Positions 49,418 to 63,700 of a stretch of 64,000 nucleotides of DNA are shown here, piece by piece. The position numbers and the translations under genes were made by a program. The stretch's first letter is position 1, and each line of letters begins with the position of its first letter. The notes under the pieces are model-generated. The model searched no databases, was not told the DNA's origin, and saw only the letters and a list, made by a program, of their open reading frames with translations. The DNA lies in the NCBI GenBank assembly GCA_964016885.1, contig OZ024746.1:32612001-32676000 (forward strand). Reading direction: 5' to 3'. The DNA is from Eledone cirrhosa. Lineage: Eukaryota.

Positions 49418-51998
49418 ATAGTGATTGTTTCGGTTTTTTGTCGTCCTTCATACTGTGCTTTAAAACAATGGGTTGGCTACGGCTAGGGCGCCTTTGATCG
49501 CAAATTAAATAACAAAAGTTGTGTCCTTTTATTTTAACTATAACGGAATATTTATACACACGCAGCTGTCGAAGGTTTCCTTTGATTACTTGAATAAATA
49601 AAACAAACGACCAAAACAAAAAACAAAACAACGTAAAACATACCAAACAAAACAAGTACTTTTAATTAGTGTCTTTCTTCTACGGTTGTTGATATTTTTC
49701 TCATTTGAAATGTACATAAGATTTAGGTGGTGCTTTTCTTTGTTTAGTTCATACAATTTACGCAAACCATCGAACATTGATATTTTCAAACATCAGAACA
49801 TAAAACAGAAAACGAGAATATTATCCATCCAATATTGTTATACTAACATCCAAAATCTGTCAAAATCTACCACACAAGTGTCTGGTAAATATATAAACAA
49901 ACTGCCAACATTATCGCCATCTCTCAACTCTCGTATGGAAAGGATCTGACAAAGATGGCCGTAGAACCTATGATATGTATACAACTTAAAAAAAAGTAAT
50001 TTGAAACCACAGTTTGAAAATAATCTTTCCAATTTCTCTCTAATATGTTGGACGACAGGCAGTTCTTAACAAGAGAAGGAAAGAAACAAACTTCCCTCCT
50101 TAAAACAGATCATTAACGGTATCGCTGGAGAGTATATGAAGACATGTGATGAGACATAGTCAAATATCGGAGCCTGACCGACCGCTTCCTCTCAGCACCG
50201 GTCCCTGGTGATTTCCTACGTAAAGTCGGAAAGATGGCGGCCCGCTTGAGGAGGGATCCCTGCGAGGTGGAGTGGCTGTTGCAGTGTATGTCTGTGAGTG
50301 CAGCTAAGACACCACTGAGACAGAGGTGTAGTGTCTACTCCTCCTCTCTGTTTCTTTTGTTATTTAACCCTTTTTTCTTTTTCTTCTTTTCATTTCCTTT
50401 TAGTCTTCCTTTTTTGTTCTCTTTGTTTTTATTAGATACTGCTCAATTATTTTTATATAATGTCAATGGTTTTTCATTGTGAGATTTTGTATATCAAATA
50501 TGTTTCTTTTTCATTTCAATTATTTCATAATAAACATTTTTTCAGTCGTTAATACTTGCTTATATAGGGATTCCCTCACTCTGAAAGTCTGCCAAGAAGG
50601 TACCTACAGTGAACGTGAAACCAGAGGAATTTAACCCAAGCAACCCAAGTGGATAACAAAAGTAGAATGATATATCAACAATCGCCACCGCAGAATTGGA
50701 CATTTTAATGCCATCATAAGCTACTAGATGAATAATAAGGAGAAAGTAATGACTTTAAAACAAGAACTGAAGATGCTACGTGAAAAAAACGATATCTTAA
50801 GGGAAATGCAACAAAAAGCCAGCACTAACCCCAAATGTACTTTATATAAAGTTATATACCGGAGGATGAAGAAGAAATGAAAGATTTTTATAAAATGACT
50901 CGCATTCTGGAAGATATTAAATAAATTTGTTCTAACATCTGGAACAAAAAGAGAGATTTTAACCAGAATACATGCATAATGGTTAAATATAATCATGAGA
51001 GAACACTTTAACAACATCTACTGTTAACCTTCTACAATTGACTTTTAAATTTCCACCCGAATAGCATTTGATAAATAAAATTATGCTGTCTGAATTAGGA
51101 AAGCGCTCCCATATCATTGTAGGAGTATGGCTTGATTACATTAAAAAAAAACATTTATATCTATTTCCCATTCATAGTTGCTGACACATCTGTAAATAGA
51201 AAACGTACTTCATATCTAAGTAGCTGTCATCGAAAGGCTAAAAGGACCTGCTCAATTATTCTCTTATATTGGTCTCCGATGCCATTAATATTTCAAAAGA
51301 AATACTGTATTTCAAGTACACAGTCTGTGTTTCCATCTATCATGACACTAATTCTTTTTTCATATATTTTAGAAAACTCTAGTGTTTATATGTTAGCTTC
51401 TACAACATCAAGTGACGCTAATATTATACATAATTTCTTCGTGAATAATTTAAAGTTCTATACTAGACTTGTTTACGTACAACATTAAGAAACTGTTGAT
51501 GTTAATAACATTTTCAGCTAATATAAGGATATATTTCAGGCTCAAAGAACTGCTTATATATGATAGTTAAAAGTAAAATTACCCTTTGCTGAACATTTGC
51601 GTCAATATTTTTCCTATCCAGGCTACTCGACTGATTTATATGAAATTCATTCCATAGATACTAAAACCTTAACGATTTCTGACAAATCCACAATCGTATG
51701 AGGTAGCTCATACCTTGAGAATAGAAACATATTGAGTATTTCGTAGCAGGGTTATGTACCCGTAAGAGAATGATGATTTTAGAATTTTGTGTACGCGTGT
51801 GTGAGCCTGTGCCTGTGTGTCTGTGTATGTATGTATGTATGTATGTATGTATGTATGTATGTATGTATGTATGTATGTATGTATGTATGTATGTATGTAT
51901 GTTTGTTTGTATGTATGTTATCTCTTTCTCTTAATTTCGAATATATTTTTTTGACCGGCCACCTTTCTGGTGGCAAGGTTGTAAAAGAAAAGAAATTG

Positions 51999-52646
51999 TC
52001 ATCCCTTGAATCGCAAGAATGTTTTGCAAATTTTGAAGGTGCCAGCTATCGTAGCCATTTGTAGACTATGAATTAGGGAGCTGTGCTCTTTGTCCGCAAA
52101 TCCAAGTTCAGTCATACTTTGGTGCAAGCGGGTTGGTATATAACCCGTAGCTCCAATAATGATGGGTACGAAGCTAAAGGTGTATCTTGGATACTGGATT
52201 TGTAAACTCCTCATCAATGGTCCGTAGATGTCCTCCTTCTCCTGTATTTTTCTGACAACGTTTACATCAAGTGAGCAGCTGATCTCCACAACAGAACACG
52301 TTTTCAATGTGTGGTCACAAACAACAATATCAGGCCGGTTGTGCTTTAATTTGGTGGCAGTTTTTATTTTCAGGTTCCACCAGTATTCCTTAGTGCCATC
52401 TGTCTCAATGTATTCTTCCTCGTTTGTTGTTAATTTTGTTTTCCGAAGTGCGTTCCAGATGGTTCTAGCTATCCCATCGTGTCTTATGGAGAGGTAGTAG
52501 CGAGATGACATTCTTTCGCAGCTGGCAACAATGTGGCTTACATCCTCGATCTTTGTTTTACATAGCCTACATTTATTGTCCCCTTTTGTGCAGCAGATAT
52601 TTGGTAGGGAGTTCTTGTTCCTGTATTGCATAGAGATATCCCTCAA
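51999..52646 (-). pseudogene. CCHC zinc knuckle and PD-(D/E)XK restriction-like endonuclease
   Basis: CRLC..EDVSHIVASC, RHD, HNRPDIVV, EISC, K..KEDIY, PIIIGATG. Confidence 0.88.
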
Positions 52647-52972
52647 GGTGTGATGTCATAAACTTGTCGGAACTCCATGCCAGGCTTTTTGAGTGGTTTA
52701 TGTATGTATGTATGTGCGTATGTACGTATGTATGTGTGTATGTATGTATTTTTCATCTTGTTTGAATATTGAATAGGATCTTCCGATTTCTCTGGGTGAG
52801 AGATTTATATCAGGCTTTATTCCATAACTCTCCTCCAGATCAGTGGCTATTCTAATGATATTTCTTTTTTCATGCTCATAAACCTGAGCAAGATGGTTGC
52901 CAACCTTTTTCCTCTGGTGAAGATGTTGCTTCAGTGTTACTATCCGGGTCTCATATGATGTTAATATGGATT

Positions 52973-54454
52973 TTAGACCCCGGCCACCTTCCTTGCGTGA
53001 GAAGTATAGCCTATCCACTTCACCATTGATGTTAAAGTAACACTGAGAAGTTTGCGAGTTCTAATATCCATCTCACTTAGTTCTTGCAATGACCAGTTCA
53101 GCAGGCCAAATGTTGGCGTTAGAATTGGCACAGCATAAGTATTGTGGGCAATGTATTTGTTGTACGCTGACAGTTCTGATGACCATATTTTCTTTACTCT
53201 TCTGAGGTATTCAGTTCTGGTTCTCTCCTTATTTATGGGTCCATCATATCTGACATTCTCATCCTGTCCAAGAAATCTGTAGTTGTCATCTGACTGTAGA
53301 GGTTGTATTGTCAGGCCGTTTATCTCTAGATTTCTAGAGGAGGACACAGCTCTTCCACGTTTTACTGCCAAATATGCACACTTGGACTCACCAAATTTCA
53401 TTTTGATGTCTGTTGAAAATTGTGTAATGAGGTCCAATTGTTTCTTGATGTCATTGATATTTGGCCCATACAACTTCAGGTCATCAACAAAGAAAAGATG
53501 GGAGATACTTCTGGACCCAGTTCTTTGTCCACCTTGTTTCCTGAGTAAGTACGATAGTGGATTTAGTGAGAGAACGAAGAATAGCACTGACAAGCTATCA
53601 ACCTGAAAGATGCCCTTCTGGTAATGTATCTTATCAGTCTTAACTTGCTCCTTCTCACCTCTAAGGATCAAATTGGTGTACCAGTTCTTGGTCAGACGTT
53701 CAACAGCAGCTACCAGTGGTTGTGGGACTTTGGCTAACTGTAAAGCCTTAACAATCCACCCATGAGGTACACTATCAAATGCTTTTTGATAGTCCAGCCA
53801 CACCACAGTCATGTTTCTGCGATTCTTTGTTGTTTTTTCTTGAATCATTTTATTAGTTAGTAGGTGATCTATGCAACCCCACACCTCCCTCTTTCCACCA
53901 GCTTGCTCAGGTGTTATGATGTTGTTGGTAGCAGAGTGATCCTGTAAGAACAGGTTAAGGCACCCAGTATATAATTTATACATGATGTTTTGGCAGGCTA
54001 TTGGGCGGTAATTTTTAGCAAGGGTGGTTTGGCTATTTTTGGGAATGAGGAGAGTAGTGGCAGTTGATAACCATCTGAACAGTTCTTGTGTGCCTTTAAT
54101 GGTTTCTGTAAACAACCGTATGATATCTTGCCGATAGAAAGTGAAATTCTTCAACCAGTATCCTGTAATGAGGTTTGGGCCTGGTGATTTCCTATTCGAC
54201 ATTTTCTGTAGAGCTGTTTCCAGTATTGACCCATCTATGTCATATTGTTTCGTCTGGACATGTTGGCAGTAGTCCTGTTCCAGTTCTTTTAGCCAATTAG
54301 TTTGTCTGTTGAATCCGTCATCCGTTTCCCATACAGATCTCCAGTAGCTCTCAAGTTGTTCTTTTGAAGGGGTGTCATTTACAGAGATTGAGATTTTGCC
54401 ACCGAAGCTGCGATAAACGGATTTAGGATCTCTGGCAAACAATCTATTTAGCAC
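52973..54454 (-). pseudogene. R4/Dong-type reverse transcriptase domain
   Basis: KSPGPN, NYRPIAC, WLDYQKAFDSVPH, GIFQVDSLS, SHLFFVDDLKLY, FGESKCA. Confidence 0.9.
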
Positions 54455-56094
54455 TTGTCATTTATGTGCTGTTGACTTATATTTTAGTCTTTCTGTTGTA
54501 GCTGTGAGTTGTTATTTCAACTGGTGTAATTTGGAGTTTAAAGTTTTAAATTTTGTATCTCCAAATCGTCTCTCTAACTTTCTTTTAGGTCTTCCTGGTG
54601 TCGTGTGAAGCTGCTCTCTATGTCGCATTTCATAACGACTGCGATGTGTGAGATACTTCGTCTCAGGGACAAAATTTTGCTTTTTAAATCTCGCATCCAC
54701 GCTGGTTCAGGATTTTTGTTTGTATCTTGATTGCGTGGTTTTAGATGTTTGTTATATGATAGCAATGTGACAGCTGAAACATATAACATAATGTTAAGCG
54801 TTTCAAATGTCATTTCTACACCTTTAGATCGTATAGCCTTCAGATAATTGTCAGCTATTTCGTTCACCGCTTCCAATTCCAATTTAGTGGGTTCTTTACT
54901 GATTCTGGTGTTGTATGGTCTGTCACTCACATTAAGGCTGTGTATCATTTGAAACATATCGTCCCATATCACTTGTAAGGTGTCCACAAGTTTTTGGTGT
55001 TCTGCTTGTACAGTAGAGTCATGAATTTCAGCCTCGTTGTTGATGTGGTGAAAATTACTACTAGAGTTAGATGACCATTCTCGCTGTTCTTCAGTGGAAG
55101 TGGGATGGATTTCAGCAACATTGTTGGTGAGTTGTTCACTGTTAGATTTGTCTTTCAGCGGAGGTCGGGTGGTTGTCTACAAGGGCTGTATTTGTAGTAT
55201 CACTCAATTCCGTTAGATGTATCAATTTACATCTAATGATACGTTTTGCCTGTTCATTTAAATGCTTTGGAGAAAAGTCTAATTCTGGGTGTTTGGAGTT
55301 CCATACAGTTTTTAGCCTTTGCATAAAACCGAACTTTTGGGGTTCAGATTGTTTGTATGCTTCATATAATTCTTTGTTAAGCTCGTAGCTCCACTGTATA
55401 CAACGGTTGTAGTTGCGATTTGGTCGAAGGAGACTTGTACGTTTTGCCATGATGAGTTCGTCTATTCACTAATATTTTGTATTTATTTTTCAAAATAGTC
55501 GATGATCTTCTTTAAAAGTTTTGACAAAGTTCTGTCAGAATCAAATTTAAAGTTATTCACAGCTTGGGTAATATTTCTTTTCAGTTAGTTTTTAATTCTA
55601 CAACTGTGTTTTAAACGTTGTTCTTGAATCGTTTGAATCGAGAACAAAAAAAAAAAAACGTTACTTAGTATATTTCTTTATGAATGTAATATAATATAAC
55701 AACGCTGTATTTATATGTTAAAGTTTATGTATTATTCATATAAATAGGTGTTCTACAACATATTCACAGTTCAAACACTTATGTTTTTGTTTCTGAATCG
55801 AAAACGTTACTTGCATATTTATGTACAAATGTAATATAACAACGTTACATTTATATGTTAAAGTGCATGTATCGTTCATATATCATAAGTGTATGTATCG
55901 TTCATATAAATAGGTGTTTTACAACACACTTACAGTTCAAACACTTATGTAGAATTATTGTATGTAATCTTACCGCGTAATGTAGCTCAACTTTTTCCAA
56001 TATATGGTATGTTGCCTTCATGTAAGCCGTAATTACACACGTCCGATTATCGGACACTGACCACAACGGTCGCCATTGTATGTATGTATACATG

Positions 56095-57240
56095 TCAGGT
56101 CACCAGTTGGTGCTACTGGTAACATGTATCCCAGTACAACCTGTCTCATGGTCGGGTCATTGGCGACTAAACTGGCAACCCCACCAAGGTTTCTTGGTGA
56201 AGAGGGTGATTTTGGACATCCTGCAGGACTAAAAACAAAACCTGTCAAAGAGCAAAGGAGCTCTTAAGAGTCAATGGCCATCCAAAATCACCGGGAGAGA
56301 TGACCCCTTAGCCTTTGTCAAGGCAGAATTCTAGGAGAAGGAAAACTCTGATATAACACCTGCAACCCTGATGGTATCCAATGATGTTGACTTGTTCTTC
56401 TTTTTGGTAAATATCATCTTAGTTAAGAGAGTGGGACTGGCTTTGTGCAGTGCTTTGCTCACTATAAAAGCTTCACGGCACAGGCATTGCTTTATATCTG
56501 GAGATCTCTCTGCACTTGTCGTCACATGGTATCATGTGCCCAGCACTATGTGTCAATAATTGTCACAAGTGTAGTGTTTGTACCAGAATTTTCAAGTCGC
56601 TGGCTGGACTACATGGATGTGAAGTAGTGGCCGTACTCGAAAACGAGTTGGCAGCCACCATGTATGTATATATGTATGTATGTAAAGGACCCCTAGTCTT
56701 TGTTAGGGCATTCTTCTAGGAGAAGGCAACTCAGGAAACTGGGAAAACTCCGATATAAAACCTGCGGCTCAGTAGTTACCGATGATGTGGATATTTTCTT
56801 CTTTTCGGCTTATAGCTACTGTCGCTCAGACAGTGGGATTGGCTCAGTGCACAGTCTTTCCTCACTTAAAAAAAATCTTCACGCACAGGCATTGCACGAT
56901 AGAATTAATTAATTAATTATTAATAATGGTATATCGTGCAATGGCCATACTCGCTAACGAGGGGGCAGCCATCATCACGTATGTATGTATATTTGGGAGT
57001 GAAGGACCCATAGCATTTGTCAGGGCATTCTTATAATAGAAGGCAACTAAGGAAACATGGATAACTCCGACATAAAACCTGCTGCTCAGTAGTTACCGAT
57101 GATGTTATATCGTGTAATGGTCATACTCGATAGCGAGGGGGCAGTCATCATATATGTATGTATGCATGTATGTATGTATGTATGTATGTATGTATGTATG
57201 TATGTATGTATGTATGTATGTATGTATGTATGTATGTATC
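56095..57240 (+). mobile_element. three stacked bipartite RTE-derived non-autonomous elements with (TATG)n tails
   Basis: Each has GACCC.TAG..TTTGT.A.GGCA..(CTAG)GAGAAGG.AACT plus terminal GGCC.TACTCG..A.CGAG..GGCAG.CA.CA then (TATG)n; copies end near 56680, 56990 and 57240. Confidence 0.65.
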
Positions 57241-57615
57241 TTGCCAAGTGAATATCCCCCGTCTTATGTTGGACATATACGGTAATGCTATTAAAAGATT
57301 CCTCTGTCAACAAAATCATAGATATAATTATCATCCAATGAGGTGACAATAGTATCCAAAATACACATCAGTTTGTGTCTGTACAGAGGAAATACAGGAT
57401 AGTATTTACCCTTTATACGTTCCAAAATAAAGCTTTTAGTGGTTGGTAGTCATTGACATTTCCTAATTTCTTCCAAATACATGTTCCTCTACAAATCCTC
57501 ATCTAACTTTTCTAGACTATTTCTATTTATCCCTCTACTCAACAACCAGGTTACTCATCTTGCTTTTTCTTTAACGCTTTCTCTATCTAAAACTCTCCTC
57601 CTTATATATTTATTA

Positions 57616-57795
57616 GGGGGGTGGTTTGGCAGTATCGGTAAAGCGTCAGACACTATGCTTTGCAGCATAGAGTTATGGCCCTTTGTGTTCTGAGTTCAAA
57701 TCCGCCGAGGTTAACTTTGCCTTTCATCCTTCGATAAAATAAAGTACCAGTGATGCACTGGGGTAATCGCTGGCCTTGTGCCAAAAGTAGAAACT
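57616..57795 (+). mobile_element. Nin/Deu-domain SINE
   Basis: Family sequence; CTTATATATTT on both flanks. Confidence 0.88.
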
Positions 57796-57917
57796 CTTAT
57801 ATATTTCTTAATCTTTCTTCTCCCCTTTTCAAACTGATGTTTGATGGAACAGAATACAACCATTGAAAATGACGTCATTATAGGCAGCCAGCGAAGCGCA
57901 TAAATGATACCTCAGTG

Positions 57918-57964
<47 letters not shown>

Positions 57965-58148
57965 CACATATATATATAAATAAATATATATATATATATA
58001 TATATTATACATATATATGTATATTATATTATATATATATTATATATATATATACAAACATTAACCCTTTCATCTCCTCATGCATATAGATATGTATAGA
58101 TAATTCGACTGATGTCTGCCTTATTGCAGCTTAAGCTTCGATGTATAC

Positions 58149-58191
<43 letters not shown>

Positions 58192-60769
58192 GTAGCCTCT
58201 GTGTGCATTGACTGTAAACTAATACGTGTTGTGGGCCTTTCTAAGAACTCATGATCCTCATTTAGCACTTTCTAGAAATCAATACCTGGCTATTATCTAT
58301 AATAACGGAAATAGATCGAATATAAAAACGTCAATAAACTGTAATTACACCTCCACACGCAAGCTGTTGTTTATATAAGCTTCGTTTGACTTTGCAGTTT
58401 TCTTTTCATCACAATTGGAAAATCGAAGCGTGTAGCAGTTTAATGTTAGTGTTATTGTTTAAAAAGCAAGTAAGTCATCAACAAGCAGATATTCAAAAGC
58501 TTTGAAGCTTTGACCAACCGATCTTTTCTTTCCTGATGAAGTGAATATAAATCTTCTCTATCAAATATACCTATCACTGTTTAAGATGATATATTGTGAT
58601 GATAGATTGTGCATTGTCTACTATTTCAAAGAGGCAGATGGAGCGACCATGTTAAGATTCCTTCATTGACTCGTGGTCTTGAAGATCTGATCTAGTGGAC
58701 CTTATCTCAAGCCCGTCTTGATCTAGCAGACCTACCTTGAAGAGCAGTCCTGTCGTGATCACCCTATTTTTATTTTCAATCAACTTGTATTTAATGGGAC
58801 TTTATTCGCTTAATCTGACATATGGGTTAAGTTTGGTTACTATGCCTAACAAATCGGAGAATCAAGTACAGGCCCTCTGATTTTCAGTGGTGACCAGATA
58901 TCGGTTACCCGGGTAGCTCGCACTATTTCGTCTTAATAACATGTTGTTTTTCTCAAACAGCTCAACAGGAAATAATCATTAAGAAATATTTACCTAGATT
59001 GCTTGCGCTCTTTAAAAATCTATCTTTTTAGAAAATTTGCCCATTTCCTTCAAGAACTAAGAAGTGTGTGACCTGCACATATTTTCATTACATCTGCTTA
59101 CAACGGATGTGCTACATTTGTTGTGCTTGTGATTTTCTTTCTTATTTACAATTTGCTTTAATGACTTAACCTTAGGAGAAAGAGAAGCGCGTTTAAACTT
59201 TTTCTAATGCCTCCGTTGACTGGCCAGATGAAATTAACATCAGACTGGAAGCCTTGCAGCAGAATAGACTCTCTTAATGAAGGTGGTGTTGTTTAAATAG
59301 GTGACGGATTATCCTCCCTTAAGAAAAGGAAAGCCTTCTCCGACACGCTTCCAAACAGTTTAGGTTTTTAAAATGTAATTCACAAGACATTGGTCAACAG
59401 GATGTGATAGTAAACTATATCTGCCCAAGATGAAGCACAGTGGGATCAAACCCCAAAACACGAAATTAGGAAACGAATTTCATAACCATACAGGTTTATT
59501 TTTGTTTGTTAGACAGAAATTGCTAAATGATTGAAGTAGCAGGATACGAACCAACGACCTTTCAGTCTCTTGGTCGCTACACTATCGATTCAGTCTTTTG
59601 TGCTATAACTAAATGTTTAGATTTGGTTAGAAGTTGCACCTGATTTGCAACTTTTTGTTTGTTTGTTTGCTGCGAGAACATAACACTACTCATACTTCTC
59701 ACTCACCAACAGAGAGCGATAGAATAAAGATTAATATAAATGTCTCACTTCCTCTTCAACCACCATCTCTTCTTATCCTTCTCCCCCCTATTCTCCTCTT
59801 TATTATTTCTCTCCCCTTCACCTAGAAGGTCGTTAACTCAGATTTCAATGGTGGCTGGCTTCACAATCAATGCATCAGCTCAGACAATATTTTTTCTTCT
59901 ATTAGATCATACACTTTCTCCCTCCTCACTCTTGCTCACATTGATTTCTATTTTTCCTTGACAACCATAAAAATAGAATCTTCATAATAGCCCTATAATC
60001 ATTATAATTTCCCCCTCCATAGATTTATAACACACAAACAAGCAATTATTATCTATTGGTCACCTTTCTTTTCTTCTTTCTTTTCTTTTCTCTCTCTTCT
60101 CTCTTTCTTTTTTCTTTTTATTTCTGAGATTTTTTTTTATTTCATCGTAATTTAAATTACACAAACCTACTTGAATGGGTTTCGCTTTTGCGACTCACTC
60201 TATAGCTTCACAACCATTACGCGCCGCCTCTCAAAACTATTCAGCTAAAAAACAAACAAAAATAAAACAACAAAAACACTGCACAACATCACACTACGGA
60301 ATTACCAATTCAGATCCCAACTACAAAATTGTTGACCTAAAATTACATGCAGATATCTTAACTTACCAATTCCATCTGAAACACCTAAATCAAGGTTAAA
60401 AAATGCTATACACAGATATCCAAACCCAATAATTGTAGCCCAAATAGCAAACATCAGATCCAAAGGTAATCACCTGCATTCGATCCTATAGAGACCCATC
60501 TACACAGTAAACCCCTACATTCGAACTTAGAACACCCACCCAAACAGTAAACCCCTTTACTCGAACGTATTAACACTCGTCCAAACAGTAAACCCCTACA
60601 TAGAAACGATCGACTTTCAGTCAAATCGGACTGAGGAAACAATGTTTCAGTTGGTCTTTCCAATTGCTAATACTATTTATCGATTGCAAATACAGGTAGA
60701 AGGAACAACGGGAAATAAAGTGTCTTGCTCAAGGACATAACGCATCGCCCGGTCCAGAAATCTATAAAC

Positions 60770-63700
60770 ACCCATTCAAATAGTAAATCCCTGTATTCCA
60801 ACCTACAACACCCATCCAAACAGTACACCACTACATTCCAACCTACAACACCCATCCAAACAGTCCACCCCTACATTCCAACCTACACCACCCAACCAAA
60901 CAGTCCACCCCTACATTCCAACCTACAACACCCATCCAAACAGTACACCCCTACATTCCAACCTACACCACCCATCCAAACAGTACACCCCTACATTCCA
61001 ACCTACAACACCCATCCAAACAGTACACCCCTACATTCCAACCTACAACACCCATCCAAACAGTACACCCCTACATTCCAACCTACAACACCCATCCAAA
61101 CAGTCCACCCCTACATTCCAACCTACACCACCCAACCAAACAGACCACCCCTACATTCCAACCTACAACACCCATCCAAACAGTACACTCCTACATTCCA
61201 ACCTACACCACCCAACCAAACAGTCCACCCCTACATTCCAACCTACAACACCCATCCAAACAGTACACTCCTTCATTCCAACCTACACCACCCAACCAAA
61301 CAGTCCACCCCTACATTCCAACCTACAACACCCATCCAAACAGTACACTCCTTCATTCCAACCTACAACACCCATCCAAACAGTCCACCCCTACATTCCA
61401 ACCTACAACACCCATCCAAACAGTACACTCCTACATTCCAACCTACAACACCCATCCAAACAGACCACTCCTTCATTCCAACCTACAACACCCATCCAAA
61501 CAGTCCACCCCTACATTCCAACCTACAACACCCATCCAAACAGTACACTCCTTCATTCCAACCTACAACACCCATCCAAACAGTCCACCACTACATTCCA
61601 ACCTACATCACCCATCCAAACAGTACACCCCTACATTCCAACCTACAACACCCATCCAAACAGTACACCCCTACATTCCAACCTACAACACCCAACCAAA
61701 CAGTACACCCCTACATTCCAACCTACATCACCCATCCAAACAGTACACCCCTACATTCCAACCTACAACACCCATCCAAACAGTACACTCCTTCATTCCA
61801 ACCTACAACACCCATCCAAACAGTACACCCCTACATTCCAACCTACAACACCCATCCAAACAGTCCACCCCTACATTCCAACCTACATCACCCATCCAAA
61901 CAGTCCACCCCTACATTCCAACCTACAACACCCATCCAAACAGTACACTCCTTCATTCCAACCTACAACACCCATCCAAACAGTACACCCCTACATTCCA
62001 ACCTACAACACCCATCCAAACAGTCCACCCCTACATTCCAGCCTACATCACCCATCCAAACAGTACACCCCTACATTCCAACCTACATCACCCATCCAAA
62101 CAGTAAACTCCTTCATTCCAACCTACATCACCCATCCAAACAGTCCACCCCTACATTCCAACCTACATCACCCATCCAAACAATACACCCCTACATTCCA
62201 ACCTACATCACCCATCCAAACAGTCCACCCCTACATTCCAACCTACAACACCCATCCAAACAGTCCACCCCTACATTCCAACCTACATCACCCATCCAAA
62301 CAGTCCACCCCTACATTCCAACCTACAACACCCATCCAAACAGTACACTCCTTCATTCCAACCTACAACACCCATCCAAACAGTACACCCCTACATTCCA
62401 ACCTACAACACCCATCCAAACAGTCCACCCCTACATTCCAACCTACATCACCCATCCAAACAGTACACCCCTACATTCCAACCTACATCACCCATCCAAA
62501 CAGTCCACCCCTACATTCCAACCTACAACACCCATCCAAACAGTCCACCCCTACATTCCAACCTACATCGCCCATCCAAACAGTCCACCCCTACATTCCA
62601 ACCTACAACACCCATCCAAACAGTACACTCCTTCATTCCAACCTACAACACCCATCCAAACAGCCCACCCCTACATTCCAACCTACATCACCCATCCAAA
62701 CAGTCCACCCCTACATTCCAACCTACAACACCCATCCAAACAGTACACTCCTTCATTCCAACCTACAACACCCATCCAAACAGTCCACCCCTACATTCCA
62801 ACCTACATCACCCATCCAAACAGTCCACCCCTACATTCCAACCTACAACACCCATCCAAACAGTACACTCCTTCATTCCAACCTACAACACCCATCCAAA
62901 CAGTCCACCCCTACATTCCAACCTACAACACCCATCCAAACAGTACACTCCTTCATTCCAACCTACAACACCCATCCAAACAGTCCACCCCTACATTCCA
63001 ACCTACAACACCCATCCAAACAGTCCACCCCTACATTCCAACCTACAACACCCATCCAAACAGTCCACCCCTACATTCCAACCTACAACACCCATCCAAA
63101 CAGTCCACCCCTACATTCCAACCTACAACACCCATCCAAACAGTACACTCCTTCATTCCAACCTACACCACCCATCCAAACAGTCCACCCCTACATTCCA
63201 ACCTACAACACCCATCCAAACAGACCACCCCTACATTCCAACCTACACCACCCATCCAAACAGTACACCCCTACATTCCAACCTACAACACCCATCCAAA
63301 CAGTCCACCCCTACATTCCAACCTACAACACCCATCCAAACAGACCACCCCTACATTCCAACCTACAACACCCATCCAAACAGTACACCCCTACATTCCA
63401 ACCTACAACACCCATCCAAACAGTCCACCCCTACATTCCAACCTACAACACCCATCCAAACAGACCACCCCTACATTCCAACCTACAACACCCATCCAAA
63501 CAGTACACCCCTACATTCCAACCTACAACACCCATCCAAACAGTCCACCCCTACATTCCAACCTACAACACCCATCCAAACAGACCACCCCTACATTCCA
63601 ACCTACAACACCCATCCAAACAGTACACCCCTACATTCCAACCTACAACACCCATCCAAACAGTCCACCCCTACATTCCAACCTACAACACCCATCCAAA

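Larger units (their letters stand above)
51920..55460 (-). mobile_element. decayed R4/Dong-clade non-LTR retrotransposon (RT plus restriction-like endonuclease)
   Basis: One ancestral ORF broken into 55142-55450, 54574-54987, 54512-54700, 52973-54454, 52698-53018 and 51999-52646; 3' end abuts (CATA)n. Confidence 0.88.

Noticed and set aside
50860-51720. Possible PLE RT relic on the minus strand (ASLDV, MGSA)
   Set aside because: Motifs too short and degenerate to support a call
58096-58142. Hammerhead-like CGA-CTGATG-t-CTGC..GCAG-CTTAAGCT-TCG between TA runs
   Set aside because: GAAA core is absent; at most a decayed copy
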